Assembly (NCBI GenBank): GCA_964016885.1
Contig: OZ024742.1
Location: 220,968,001-221,032,000 of the forward strand
Reading direction: 5' to 3'
Length of the DNA stretch: 64,000 nucleotides
From: Eledone cirrhosa
Lineage: Eukaryota
Shown: positions 13,800 through 28,005 of the stretch, piece after piece
Position numbering within the stretch: the first letter of the stretch is position 1
How the letters are laid out: each line of letters opens with the position of its first letter
The notes under the pieces: model-generated
Seen by the model: only the letters and a program-made list of their open reading frames with translations
What the model was told of the DNA's origin: nothing
Databases searched by the model: none
Position numbers and translations under genes: made by a program

Positions 13800-16790
13800 T
13801 TACAAAGTTTCTTGGGCCAATGGACATGACGACCACTGCGAGTTGTCGTGATGTATGTTGAAGGTAAAAGAGTGTTTGTATGTGATTTGGTGTTTGCGGT
13901 GGTGCTTGTATTGACACATTGTAGGAGGGGGAGTATGAGGCTCTGGTGTGAGAGCATCTGTGTAGGCCCGCTTTAGTCTGTCAATAGAGACTGTGTCTTT
14001 ATGTCCATTAAAGTCAATGGTGAAATGTTTATCTGTACGTGCAAGTACGCAATAGAGTCCAGAATAAGGTAGAGTGAGTAGACTTCTCACTGCGGCATTT
14101 CTGACAAAAACATGAGTCCATGAGGCAATGTCCCTCGGAACCGAAGATTTAATGGCTTGTTGCCTAGTGTTCATAGGAGGCAGGACTTGAAAATACGAAC
14201 ACAAACAGGTCACATAGAGTGTAGGGTCCTGAGTAGAAAGGTCAACTGGGGCAAGATCTGCCCTGGCAGATATAAAGTAGTGCCATACAAAAGCTCGACT
14301 AGAGAGAATCCAAGGTCCTCTTTAATTGAAGTGCGGATACCTTGTAGTACTATGGCGAGGTAGTCGCTCCAATGTAGCGTATCCGGATAGGCACGCAATG
14401 CAGCCTTTAACTGGCGATGAAAACACTACCATTCCATTAGATGCAGGATGGTAACTGGTAGTCATGATGCGTTGAGCGCCGATGATATTCGATAGATCAC
14501 TGAAAAGTTGGGATTCAAACTGCCTTCCACGATCTGTAGTAACAGTGGTAGGAACTCCATAGCGCGATATCCATCCTGAAACCAGGGCACGCGCTACAGA
14601 TTCAGCAGTAATGTCACTAAGAGGAAAGGCTTCAGGCCATCGGGTGAAACGGTCAATACAGGTCAGGATGTTTGCACATCCACGACTGGCAGGCGAAGGT
14701 CCCACGATATCAATATGTATGTGGCAAAAACGTGCGTCAGGTGTGCTAAATGTGCCGAGAGGCGCGAATATGTTTATGCACCTTCGACTTCTGACAAGGC
14801 AAACAGGAACGTGACCAAGCAGTGATATCACGTCTCATATTTGGCCAGAAAAATCTAGCTGAAATGAGTTTCACTGTGGCGGAAATTCCAGGGTGTGCCA
14901 CACTGTGTAGAGAGTTGAAAACTATTCGACGATGAGTCTCTGGTACCAGAGGGTGTGGTGAATCTGTCGCAGTATCACACAGAATCTGAGAGTCCGAAGT
15001 GGGTACAGGCAGGTATTTGAATTTCAGGTTCCTAATTCAGGTGAAGCGAGATCCAACGACTCTAGGGTGGGCTGTTCTGCAGCCATACGATGCAAGTCGA
15101 TATTCGTAGGTGCTGACAAGGCATTGATGGGTAGACGAGATAAGGCATCCGCCGCTGTATTTTGTTCACCAGGAATATGAGGTGAGTATTTTCCGGATTG
15201 GAACTAAGTGCGAACGTAAGTGGATGACGGTCAGTATAGATTGTAAATTGTCGGCCTTCTAGTGAATGTCGAAAGTGTTTCATAGCCAGGAAAATGGCTA
15301 ACAGTTCACGGCCGAAGGTCCTATAGCGGGATTCGGCGGGCTTTAGCTGCTTTGAAAAGAAAGCAAGAGGTTGAAGCTGTTGTTGTTGATGCTGTTGCAA
15401 TACCGCTGTGCTTGATGCATCAACAACCAGCGAAAACTGGGCACCAGACACAGGGTGAGCAAGCAGAGATGCGTTTGCTAAATTCTGTTTAGCTCCTTCT
15501 TCTTCTTTCTGTTACGCAGGAGGTCAGATAGTGGAGCTAAGAGTTCTGCGCAATGCGGGATAAACCAACGATAATAATTTAGGAGGCCCAGGAACTGCCG
15601 CAGCTGTCACAAATAAGTAGGCGGAGAGAGTTCCTGAAGAGCCTTCACTTTCTCAGGAAGTGGGAATATTCCTTCAGAGTTTATCACGTAGCCTAAAAAG
15701 ACGAGTGAAGCAGCGCCAAAAATACACTTCGCAGGGTTAATGCAAACTTGGTACTGCCTAAATCGTTCAAACAGTTGGCGGAGGTGCGAGATATGGTCCT
15801 CCGGTGAAGCAGTCGCGATGAGAATATCGTCGATGTAACAATATACAAAATACAGGTCGCGGACGACTTCGTCCATAAATCGCTGGAAGGTACTAGCAGC
15901 ATTGCGTAATCCAAAAGGCATTTTTAAAAACTCGATTGTACCGAAAAGTGAAGTAACAGCAGTTTTAGGAATGTCCGCAGGATTCATAGGAATTTGATGG
16001 TATGCTCTGATCAGGTCCAATTTTGAAAAGATAGTACATCCATGAAGCGAAGAAGTAAAATCCTAGATGTGAGGAATTGGGTAACGGTCCAGCACGGTGA
16101 TCGAATTTAATCGCCGAAAATCTCCAGTGGGATGCCAGTCTCCCAAACGTTTCGGCACCATGTGCAAAGGAGAGGCCCACGGACTGGAAGAAGGGCGAAT
16201 GATACCCAACAGCAGCATATGGTTAAACTTAGCCGCTTTCAATTTTCCTGGAGCAAGGCGACGCGGGCGTGAAAAACCTCGAGCAATAAAATATTTGGTA
16301 AAGTGGGTAGGGGTATCTACCACAAAGTTCAGGTTCGTTAATTCCAGAAAGGAATGCAAAAGTGCATGATAAGAATCATCCGAAGCAGCAATGCAGAAGC
16401 TTGAACTGATAGGTTGGATTACAGAAGTACGCCCAAGCGCAGAAAGATTCGGAGTTGCGTCCAATAAACGACGTGTCCGCATATCAACCATAAGATTGAA
16501 AAGATGCAAAAAATCAGCACCCAGAATAGAATATGGTAAATCAGCTATGGTGAAAATCCATGAGAAATCTCTACGTAAATCCAGGTCCAAAGAGCGAGAG
16601 ATTTGTCCATACGTAGGGATAGCTGAATGGTTTATAGCTTGTAGTGATATCTGTGAGAGAGGGGGTTTCTCTTTCAAGAGTTTTAACGGCCAAATGCTGC
16701 AAGACGCACTCGTGTCGATGAGGCAGCGTGCGTGCGAGAAGGAATCCGTAATGAAAAATGCACGACATTCAGTACAGGATTGCGGAGAAG
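13800..16790 (-). pseudogene. pol: Gypsy pol (protease, RT, RNase H, integrase; frameshifted)
   Basis: LIDTSA protease; [34 protein letters not shown]; RELLAIFLAMKHFRH RNase H; [26 protein letters not shown] integrase; VSIDRLK. Confidence 0.93.
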
Positions 16791-16799
16791 ACGTTGTGC

Positions 16800-17562
16800 T
16801 TAATTCTCCGTTTCTTCGTTTCCCTGGAGTGAAAAGGAACAAGGCTGGATACATTTATGAGCAGAGGCTCCAAAACGGTCATGGCACCAGCACGCTCGCG
16901 ACGATGAAGGTTGGAAACGACGACGTGAAGAATTCGAGCAATTCCGCGACCGTTGTCGGGGAGATCTCGATCTGGATAAACGAAGAAGTTGTACCTTCTT
17001 CGTAAGGTCACGGATGGCCTTCAGTGTTGCTTCGTTGGTCGAAGTGGCGCTAGCTGAAACCGATGCGACAGGCGAAGGTGACGGATTTGTTGCAAGTCGT
17101 GATGGGGTAGCAGTGGTAGAATTGCCGGAGTATTCCAAGATTTTATCAGCGGTTGAAGCCAACTGATTCACCGAACTGGTTTCGGTCATAGCTGCCAAAA
17201 TGGCCTGGACATTAGGCGTCAGCCTAGAGAAGAAAAGCTGCTTTATCATTGTGCTGTCTGTCGGTGCGTCTTCCGCAAGCTCTCTCATCCTCCGTAAGAG
17301 CTGTGTAGGTGTATAGTCGCCAAGGTGCACATCGTTAACTAGAGTTAAGAATTTCTTTTTTTTATGCTGCTATACTTAGCCTCCGGAAACGGGTCGGTAA
17401 TCAAGTCCTTAACCGTTGAGGTTAAGGAAGCAGGAATGGCACTCAGTAAAAGATGGAGCTGTCTAGAGTCGGACGAAATATTGGGTGCGAGGAAAAACGA
17501 TTCAATCTGGGCAAGCCAGATTCGTACATCCCCGCCAAACACCGGTAGAGAATTACTTGCCA
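16800..17562 (-). pseudogene. gag: Gypsy gag (fragmented)
   Basis: ORFs 17345-17629 (LPVFGGDVRIWLAQIESFF) and 16800-17330 ([35 protein letters not shown] knuckle). Confidence 0.88.
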
Positions 17563-18452
17563 TTGTTGGAGAAAGACGTTCGTAAACTTCACCAAAATAG
17601 TTGTGAACAAAACATATAAAAAATTTCAAAGTTCCGTAATATCAGTAGCTACAGTAGAGAGTGCGCTAATGTCGGCCAAAGTGAAAGCGCGGGAACCAAC
17701 AAGGAAGAAGAAAAAGGTGAGACGCCATGCTAGACAAAAATGCCATGTGCAAAGAAAAATCGTGTTATTGTTGGCTCGACATATATTTTTTTTTTTTTAG
17801 AAGGAAGTATTCTTTATAGTCGGGTCACCATTTTATAGATGAGGCGTTAAATTTTATCTATATCTTTTTATAATTGCATGTTATCAGTCTTCGAAGGATC
17901 TTGTTTTTATAAGCGATATAAGTGAAATACCTTAATCGAAGAGTTGGTAGCTTCTCATTGGTAGTAAATGCTTCTACTTCCAGGATATAAATAACTTTCT
18001 ATCTCTTTAACGCTCAAACCTCTATAAATATAATTTTATTTGTCGAAAGGAATGTAGGGGTCATTTTATAATAATTCTTCACGCGTCCGTATCATCTCCT
18101 GGTCAGCTCTGTCTGGTCTCTCGAGTGCTGTCTGAGGTTTTTTACCAGAGAGCGAGAGTGAGATTGACCATGTATCCATACGCAACTTCCCATTGGTCAG
18201 TTTGACCTTATTGCATATGAAAATGCTGCTATTGAGAGGTGCGACGTAGTTCCACTACACTAATAACATAATACACCACCATCTTATGTTATAAACTGCT
18301 TCACTGGTGAATTCTATTGATACACAATACACAAATACAAACATTAGCATTCACATATATTTTATTTAATACTAGCTTCACTGGTTTCGTTGCAGACGAC
18401 CCAGGTTGTACTGGGTTACATGTTAGCAACAGTACTAAAAAGTAACCTTTAA

Positions 18453-18863
18453 CCCTTTCATTACCATATTTTTTATGAAAATATGCTGTCCACGATTTAC
18501 AAAATATTTTGAAAATAATCAACAATTTGGAGGAATTTAGCAATATTATTAACTTGCTCGTTATTTATCTGGTGTTTAGGACAAAGATTCTTGTAATGGG
18601 AAGTTTTTTTTTAGACCAATATAAACACTTTTCATACCAAATCATCTGAAACCACCCCTGGTTCTACAATACAAAACGGTTTTGAAGTATTTATGTTTAT
18701 CTAAAAATCCTCCATCATGATTTTATGTAGGAACCAATGTTTCAAATGCCAGCATAAAAATGTGAAAGATATTTTAATAAATTCCTCAAAATTCTTGGTT
18801 ATTTAAAAAAATATTTGAAAATTAGAGGTAGTGTCTTTTATTACAAATATGGTAAAGAAAAGG
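18453..18863. mobile_element. piggyBac-like MITE
   Basis: TTAA|CCCTTTCATTACCATATTT ... AAATATGGTAAAGAAAAGG|TTAA imperfect TIRs with TTAA on both sides. Confidence 0.65.
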
Positions 18864-19399
18864 TTAATCAATTCTTGCAGCAGTGGAAATATATTCTGCA
18901 AGAGGTTATTGAAATGAATATTTGTAGTAACATTTCAATTTTTTTTTTTTTTTTTTTTTCTGAGTCAAGCATATAACTTGGAAACTCATCTGATTCTGTT
19001 CTAGCAAGCCAGCAAGAGAGCTGCAACATGTTGCTTAACCAGATAAACATTAATAGCAGCCACTCAAAATACACACCACTGATTTTGAAAAGAACATGTT
19101 GAATAATGTGGTGCTGGGTTCATTGTGCCTAGGGAAAATAGGGGATGTTCATGACTGGAATGCTTTTGTTCAGGATTGGCCTGAAGTTAACACAACAACT
19201 TTTGAAGTATATAACTAATGGACGAGCTATTAGAACAATAGAGACAGTGAAAAAGAGGCATTAAACCCTTAAAGACTGTACATAGATTTCAACCACTATA
19301 TATGTTTTATGTTTCTGGAGGCACATCTGACTGGAGCTTATCCCAGTTTCTTTGGTGTTAACCCAGTACAAAAGTCCAAAGCAGGGTTAACACCCAGCT

Positions 19400-19545
19400 G
19401 CTTCTGGTACTCATTTTCAGCGAAATTGACTGGAGCAACATGAAATGAAGTGTTTTGCTCAAGAACACAATGTGCCACTTGGTCCAGAAATAAAACTCAC
19501 ATTACAATTGTAATCCCAACAGCCTAACCACTAGGCCACACTCCA
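19400..19545 (-). mobile_element. tRNA-derived SINE relic
   Basis: Reverse complement begins gtgtggcctagtggttagg (A box); shares ttgagcaa(g/a)acactt(t/c)atttc with copies at 49515-49625 and 56575-56742. Confidence 0.55.
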
Positions 19546-19927
19546 TTATCTAAACAAGAATGTCAAATATGGAAATAGTTTACTCTTTATACATTCACTC
19601 TTACCCAACATAGCAATTATGTATTTTCACACTCCACAAGCATTAATCATTTTGACACTCAAGACAGAGAAATACTAAAGAACCAAATTAATAAGCACTA
19701 GACTTATTGTAACAAACCTGTTTTAGGCTAGACTGTCCCAGCCATGATCATTTTTCTTTCAGCCTTTTACCTATTTCCCCAACATGTAGCACTGCCAGTT
19801 TTTTCTTTATTAACTATCTCAATCAATGAAATTGAAAGACAAACAGATTTGTAAGCTATAGAAGATAAAAAAGAGCATTGTTTGGAACTTGATCCAGAAT
19901 AGTACTCACACACACACACACACACTC

Positions 19928-19960
<33 letters not shown>

Positions 19961-19997
19961 GTCTAACCCATGCTAGCGTTGAAGATAGACGTTAAAC

Positions 19998-20044
<47 letters not shown>

Positions 20045-20069
20045 GATATATATATAGATAGATAGATTT

Positions 20070-21880
20070 ATTTATCTGCCACAAGGGCGCACAAGGGACA
20101 TTACAGGACGTATGGCAGGGATTTTACATTTAAGTGTGTAAACAAAAGTTTTAACATTTATAAAATAATAAATAACAATTGAAATCCCTAATAGGGGGAA
20201 CATTACAATTGAGTTGTTTTACACCCCGTAGATAGAACAACCCTCAACTCAAGGAGCATGTTTTGCAAATGGTCCTGTTTTCTCCCTTTTATCTTCTTCA
20301 ACTTACAGGTTTCTATACAGAGAAGGCCCAATCACTCGGGCCATTTTCGCTACATTCACCCACCTTTCAACGAATTTACTGGGGTGCAACACCTCACTCT
20401 CCAATCTCATTTTCCTTCTGAAGTGCCATTTAAAAAAGGGAATGAGTTGTTGTCCAGAAAGGAAGGTGTCTGTCCTCAGTCCTTTTAATCTCGTCCACCA
20501 TTTTACGTCTTTTGCCATAGCCACCAGACAGAGGAAAACCACCTCTCCTTCATTTTTAAATGAAGGTGGCGGCGTGATCCTCACGATGGACTTGGCTGTC
20601 AACTGGATTTGTCCCACACGTGACTAGTTGTTCAACATAGTTGCACAGGTCGTCCACCCCTGGGCACTGTGCAATTGCATGCAGAACGGTTTCAATGTTC
20701 CGCTCGCATCTTAGGACAGGTCCTTTTGGCAGGATACTTGCCACAGCGTCCGTGCCTGTGGATCTTGTCTCGAACAGGTAGAGCTTCTCGGTAGCACTGC
20801 CAAGCTAGAGTCCTCTGGAAGTTATCCATAAGTCCTGGACGGAAAGTCCTCCTGAACAGACTGGTCTCTTCGACACCTAGAGTCTCCCCGAGAATCTAGT
20901 TGCGCTTATCCTCCACTAATCCTCTATAGAATGTTGACGTTGGGTTCCTGCTGATTGCCGTGTCCATCTGATAGAGGACTGTGAGCGCCTGAGCGCACTC
21001 GAGATGCCAGGTGCCCCTTTTTTTTCCATCTTCGATTGACCCAGGACTGCAGCTCCGTTAGCGAGATGAGTCGCGGAAAAGCTTGTCTCACAAACAACGA
21101 CCACACCGATTCGTCGGTCAGGAATACCTGAAGATGGCATAGCCTCAGTGCGTGTTTGCACATCATCAACCACGGCATGCCTGCTCCTACGTTAGAAGGG
21201 TGTTGGCAGTAGATGGATCTCCTCAACAATGGAGCCTGTTTCTTCCAAAGGAAATTGAAGAGTAGACGTTCCATTTTGGTGAGGTGATCACGGGGTCAAG
21301 GCATGACCGTCAAGTGATAGCAGATGACGGACGCTATGTAAATGTTCGCCACCTCTGCTTGACCTTTTAAGGAGAGTTTGCACTCAGCCCACTTCTGGGT
21401 GAGCGAAAATACCTTCGCCATGACCTCATTCCAGTTTTTCTCTACTTAGATGTCTGGACCGAACTAGACCCCGAGAAATTTCACCAGTCCTTACATCCAG
21501 CATCCAGCGACACTGTCAGATGGCATCGGTTTGCCTCTCCACATGCTGACTTGCAAACCTACAGACTTGTCTGGGTTTAGTTTTGCTCCCATCAGCATTT
21601 CATATTCCTGTGGTAAGTTGCCGATCAACCCGATTTCCAAGGTTTTCAACACCATTACGGTCACGTATCGGCATAGGCCGACGCTGCTTTTCACAGTCAT
21701 GGTTCCATCGGGATGCCCTGCAACAGCGCCAACTTCTGCAGTAGTGGCTAGAGAGTCAGTAGATACAGAATGGAGGAGAGAGGGAATCCCTGTCGGAAGG
21801 AACGTATGATTTGGAATAGCTCCGATAGGTAGCCATTCACCTTGACTACCGAGCAGATGTTGCTGTTCATAGCAACATCA
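20070..21880 (-). mobile_element. Tx1/L1-clade LINE 3' part, degenerate
   Basis: GAKLNPDKS, ERLLFNFLWKK..GAGMP, and CERNIETVLHAIAQCP (CCHC) remnants in several frames. Confidence 0.8.
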
Positions 21881-24800
21881 AACTAAATATTTGGGAATGT
21901 CAGAACCCTTCTGGACCAAAACTCATCAAACCAACCAGAAAGAAGAACCACACTGGTAACAAAGGAACTCCAAAGATTAAATATAGATATTGCAGCCTTG
22001 TCAGAAACATGTCTATCGGGGCTGAGTGAAGCATCAGCAGGTTTCACACTTTTCTGAACAGGGAAACCAAAAAGAGAAAAGTGAAATGGTGGTGTAGGTT
22101 TTCTAGTGTGAGAAACTCTAGCACAACATTTAGAGTGCCCCTCTAGAATCACTGACCATATAATGAAGTTGCGCATTCCACTTGCATGTTGGTGATGTGC
22201 AACAATTCTGTCAGTTTATGCTCCAACTCTCCAGGCCAGGGAAGAAATTATTATGACATTCTATGAATCCATTCGTGCTACAATTGCATCCAGTTGAAGA
22301 AAAGGTGATCATTCTTGGTGATTTCAATGCCCAAGTTGGCAGAGACCATGAGACATGGGATGCACTAGGCCATTACGACATTGGTAAGATGAATGCCAAT
22401 GGTTTGAAGCTGCTTGAGCTCTGTTCGGAACTCAACCTAGCAATTTGCAATACATTCTTCCGCCAAAAGAAGAAGCATAAAGTTAACTGGATATACCCAA
22501 GGTCAAAATATGGCCACATGATAGATTTCATAGTAACCCGGAGATGCAATCTGAATGATGACCGTAATGTGCTCGTCATGCATAGTGCAGAATGCAACAC
22601 AGACCATAAAATGGCTCGGGGGTAAGTTTAAGATACGTATTCGGAAAAATGTTTGTATGTGTGGGGTCCAAACACTGAAGCATATTGATGTTGGAAAGTT
22701 AAAACAGCAAGAGGTACATGAGGCTTTGAATAAATCTTTGAATAATATTGACTTCGATGCAACATGGATAAACTTCAGGGATCAATTGTATACAGCAGGA
22801 GCAGAAGAACTTGGATTCAGGGTGAAAAAAAACAACATAAAGACTGGTTTGATGATAATAATCTGGTTATCAGCCAACTATTAAAGAAAAAACATGCTCT
22901 TCATGAAAAGCTTCTGGGAGAGAGCCCTATGAATTTAACTGCTATTAAAAAGACATATAAAGAATATAAAGCTACCTTACAACGCGAGCTGAGAAGGCTT
23001 AAAAATATATGTTGGTTGAAGATCTCTAAAGATATTCAAAGTGCTTATAGCGCAAAGGATTCAAAACTGTTTTATAGTCTTTTGCATGCAGTATATGGTT
23101 CAACAACTTCGTCTATTGTTCCCATAAGGTCCAAAGACAACACTGCCATCTTCAAGGAATCAGAGAAAATCCTTAGGCGATGGCAAGAACATTTCTCTGA
23201 TTTATTTGATAATCCATCATCAGTTGATCATGACGTGCTAGATGGTATCTCCCAATGTGCTGTAAATTTTAAAATCGATCGATTAACAGATTATAATGAG
23301 GTTTAAATGGCCATCAACCAGTTAAACATAGGTAAGGCACCGGGATCAGATGAAATCCCTATGGAATTGTTAAAGGTTGGTAATAAGAACATAACACAAA
23401 CAATATTCCATCTCATCAAAGAGTGCTGGGCTGGAGCTCCTATACCACAAGGTTGGATAGATGGTAACTTGGCAACCTGGTATAAAGGTAAAGGGGCTAA
23501 AGGAATCTGCGATCACTACTGTGGAATCACTCTGTTGGAGTCTATGGGCAAAGTTCTTGCTAGATTATTGTTGAACAGGTTGATGGAGGTCATTTGTCCT
23601 ACAGTAATCCCTGAATCACAAAGTGGCTTTAGATCTGGCAGAGGGACGATTGATATGATCTTCTCTGCAAGGCAGATTCAGGAGAAATGTATTGAGCAGC
23701 GGGTTCCTCTGTATCAGGTTTTTGTTGATCTGACAAAGGCCTTTGATATGGTGAACAGAGGTGCACTGTGGAAAATATTAGGGAAAATAGGGTGCTCACC
23801 AAAGTTTATTGGTATGTTTGTCCAACTGCACATAAATATGAAGGCTGGGATTGTCTTGAATGGAGAATTGTCCAATGAAATCCCAGTTGATAATGGTGTG
23901 AAGCAGGGAGATATCCTGGGTCTCGCACTGTTTTCAATATTTTTTGCTGTGATGCTGACTCATGCATTGCAGGACTGTGCAAAGGGTATTCTATTGCAAG
24001 TTAGAACTACAGGTAGGATCTTTGACCTAAGAAGGTTCAATTTCAAATCCAAGGTGTTCCAAATATTAATTAGAGAACTCCTGTATGCAGACGATGTTGA
24101 CTTTCTGCTCCCTCTCAAGATAACATGTAACACATCATGGATTGTTTTGCAGATTCTTGTAATGCCTTTGGCATGAACATTAATCTAAAGTAGACCAAGG
24201 TAATGTTCACCCCATCACCAAGGGAAACATATATTGAGCCAAATATTATGGTGCATGGAACTAGGTTGGGTGTAGTTGACACTTTTGTTTATCTGGGTAG
24301 TGCATTATCAAGGGATGGTTCACTGGATGCAGAAATACACCTGCACATTCAGAAGGCCTCTGTAGCCTTCTGAAAACTTGAAAAGAATGTGTGGACAGAT
24401 CATGGCATCAATATCAAGACCAAGATTAGTGTGTACAAGGCCTGCATTCTGAGTGTTCTGTTGTACTCTTCGGAAACGTGGACAGCACATCATAGACGCC
24501 TTAATTCGCTTGTACACTTTAATTAAAAGTGTTTAAGACGAATCCTAAACATCAAATGGCAACAAAATATACCTGACACACAAATCCTTATAAATGCTGG
24601 TTGCATGAGCATTGAATCTACCATCATATCCTCTAAAATGCGTTGGATAGGCCATGTTGTGCACATGAATGAGGAAAGACTCCCAAAACAAATATTTTAC
24701 AGTCAATTGCACGCTGGGAGACCCCCTCAGCACAAACCAAGAAAAAGATATGAGGATTGCATTAAAAACAACCTTAAAGATCTACAGTCTGGAGTTCAGA

Positions 24801-25335
24801 AATAGGAAGTGCTTGCTTTAAAGAGGGGTAAATGGAGAGGACATGTGAAGGAAAGCTGCAGAATGTTTGAAGAGAGACATCTTGATCATGAAAAACTTAA
24901 ACATCAGCTTTGAAAAGACCATAGTATGAACCTCAATAAGAACACAGGGAGCTGGATTTGTTAGGTGTGTGGTCGTTTATTGCTCTCAAAATCTGGGTAT
25001 ATCAATCATTTAAAGTCACATAAAAAGCCAACTGCATGCAGCTCTATTCCTCCAATGCTAGGTAAGACAACGTGTGTGGTGTGCAAAAAGATCTGCAAAT
25101 AAATCTCTGGTCTTAAAAGGTATATGAAGGTACATAAAAATGACTTACCACAAACTGACCAAATCAATCCAATAGAGGTCACATCTTTGTCTGTCACATT
25201 TGCTGCAAACCATGCAAATCTAATGCTGGACTTAAAAGCCACCTAAGGGGCCATGGACGGACTTTGGAGTTGGTGATGGTTGATAGGGATGCATAGGGAG
25301 ACGGCAATCATCCGCAAAGATGACACAATCACCAT
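21881..25335 (+). mobile_element. RTE/BovB-like LINE, near full length, degenerate
   Basis: APE endonuclease (WNVRTL..DIAALSET, ILGDFNAQVG, MIDFIV, TDH), RT (KAPGSD, ESQSGFRSGRGTIDMIF, FVDLTKAFD, GVKQG, LLYADD), RWIGHV..RLPKQIFY, C-terminal C2H2 fingers; many stops. Confidence 0.93.
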
Positions 25336-25615
25336 ATATATATACATACCGGCAACCGCTCTGCATCTAGTTTAAACAGCTTATAAACATAATTGGTATT
25401 CTATAGGAATCCAGCTTCTATAGCGCACAGCAAAAACAGAGAGAGGTATTTAGCCTTGATAACTGCTAAACAGCTAGAAACGCAACGGTTATCGCCCCTT
25501 TTTTTGTGTTGCAGCTAGGTATGTGGCTATAGTCACTGCCGTAAATTCATAGCGAAAGGCCTTCAAAATGTTTTTAAATAAATATACAGTATATTATCAA
25601 ATATACAATACGTAC

Positions 25616-25660
<45 letters not shown>

Positions 25661-25848
25661 AGAAAAACCACAAACCCTCCATCTCAATTATACTTTTGAA
25701 AAGCATAAGAACTGTGAAACCGGTAAAGGAAACAAATAAATATTTTTTAAAAGACTCCAGTTGCATTTTCGATTTCATCTTTTTTCCTTATACTTTCACT
25801 CGTGTAGGACATCTCGTTTTTTTTTCATTTAAAAAAAAACTTCATTTT

Positions 25849-26003
<155 letters not shown>

Positions 26004-26199
26004 TAGATAAATCTACCAAGAGTTTACGGTAGTGTCCAATCCGTATGAAGAACTCAATATAATCCGGATATCATGGAAAGAAGAGATGCATTCAAAAATC
26101 ACTTTCGGTGAAAGATAAACGGAATACAGAGTCAAGATAAAATATTAAAAAAATAATGAATAAAACAATGAAACAGTTCCTTATATTAAACAAAAAAAG

Positions 26200-26352
26200 T
26201 TCATTATTTAACGATCGTTTCTAGGACATATATGTGTTAGAATTGGTATGCATATTCAACAGATCTATGTACAAAATTATACAAAATTATACAAATTATC
26301 AAATATAATATACATACCAACACATACATATGCCGTCTTCAGAAATAATAAA
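26200..26352 (-). ncRNA. type I hammerhead ribozyme motif (inverted pLTR copy)
   Basis: Minus strand: UUAUUU-CUGAAGA-long stem II-GAAAC-GAUC-GUU-AAAUAAUGAA. Confidence 0.7.
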
Positions 26353-27004
26353 ATATATTTATTGATAATAACAACAATTCAAAATTACAGGTCTGTTTGG
26401 GAACAGAGTTCAAATTGACCAATGAAATACACAAAAATATATCAAGAAAATACAGTTAGGTGTGTGTATATATGTAAGTAACTTCGTTCACAGATATGCA
26501 TAAAAATATATGTTCACATGCATACGCATGTCGAAAAAATGTATGTAAATACAAAAATTCAGGGCTAATGTCTCTGTATGTTTATAATCTACAGATAAAA
26601 TACACATACGCATATAAACATATATAGATTCATATATACACACATATATATACACACATTCACACACACACGCGCGCATATACACATAAACATACACATA
26701 CCCACAAACATATACACACACACTCACACACACACACACATATGTATATATTATTATTATAACTATATGGATATTTAGGCACACACATAAACACTGCCAC
26801 ATATATTTTTACATCCAAATGCAGAAGTGGGTAAGGGGTTCAGTAATTACTAAGGGTGTCAGGGAACTGCCTATTTATAAAATGTATCTATAAATTTAGA
26901 AATAAAAAGAAATATATTTAAAAAATATATATATATAAACAAGTAAAATATACTCATACATAAAATACATACCGATATACATATACATATATATACACAT
27001 ACAC

Positions 27005-27069
<65 letters not shown>

Positions 27070-27545
27070 TACACACATACATACACAGATACTCATACAC
27101 ATACATATATAAATACATAGACACACATACAAACACACATATATATATACATATATTCACAACTCACATACATATATACACATATACGTACACACACATG
27201 CACACACATATATATATACACATATATACATACAGACACATATATATACACACATATATACACACATATATACATATATATATACATACACACACATATA
27301 TACATATATATATATACACACACACAACACACACACACACATACATATACGTATATATACACACACATACACATATCCATGTATGTATATACACATACAA
27401 CCACACGCTCACACAACTCAGACATACATAAATAAAGAGATATACATACATACATATACACATATACATATATATATATATATATATATACACATACACA
27501 TAGATATATATATACACATACACACACACATATATACATACACTC

Positions 27546-27630
<85 letters not shown>

Positions 27631-27823
27631 CATACATACACACATACACATAAATATATATTAAAAAAAAAAAATAAATAAATAAATAAATACACACAGT
27701 CAGACAATTATGCACACATATATATATATATATATACACACATACACACATCTCTACAAATATATATACATATATACACACGCACGCATACATATATACA
27801 TACACACATACTCATATATAGAC

Positions 27824-27856
<33 letters not shown>

Positions 27857-27871
27857 CATATATATACATAC

Positions 27872-27916
<45 letters not shown>

Positions 27917-28005
27917 CATAGACACTTATTTACATGCGCACATATGTATTTTTATACTCACATATAAACACCCAAACATACATACCTACTTACATACATA
28001 TACAT

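Larger units (their letters stand above)
13280..18259 (-). mobile_element. Ty3/Gypsy LTR retrotransposon, full length but frameshifted
   Basis: LTRs 17833-18259 and 13280-13662 (latter truncated by about 28 bp); PBS (reverse complement of gtcgggtcacca) ending at 17830; PPT reverse complement at 13663-13674; gag-PR-RT-RH-IN order on minus strand. Confidence 0.95.
11198..18380 (+). mobile_element. non-autonomous LTR retrotransposon whose 3' LTR is split by a Gypsy insertion
   Basis: 5' LTR 11198-11717; PBS tggtgacccgat (tRNA-Trp-like) 11719-11730; purine-rich tract tgtggggtgaggta before 3' LTR (12876-13279 plus 18260-18380); 4-bp TSD ctgg at 11194-11197 and 18381-18384; about 1.15-kb non-coding interior. 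Confidence 0.88.
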
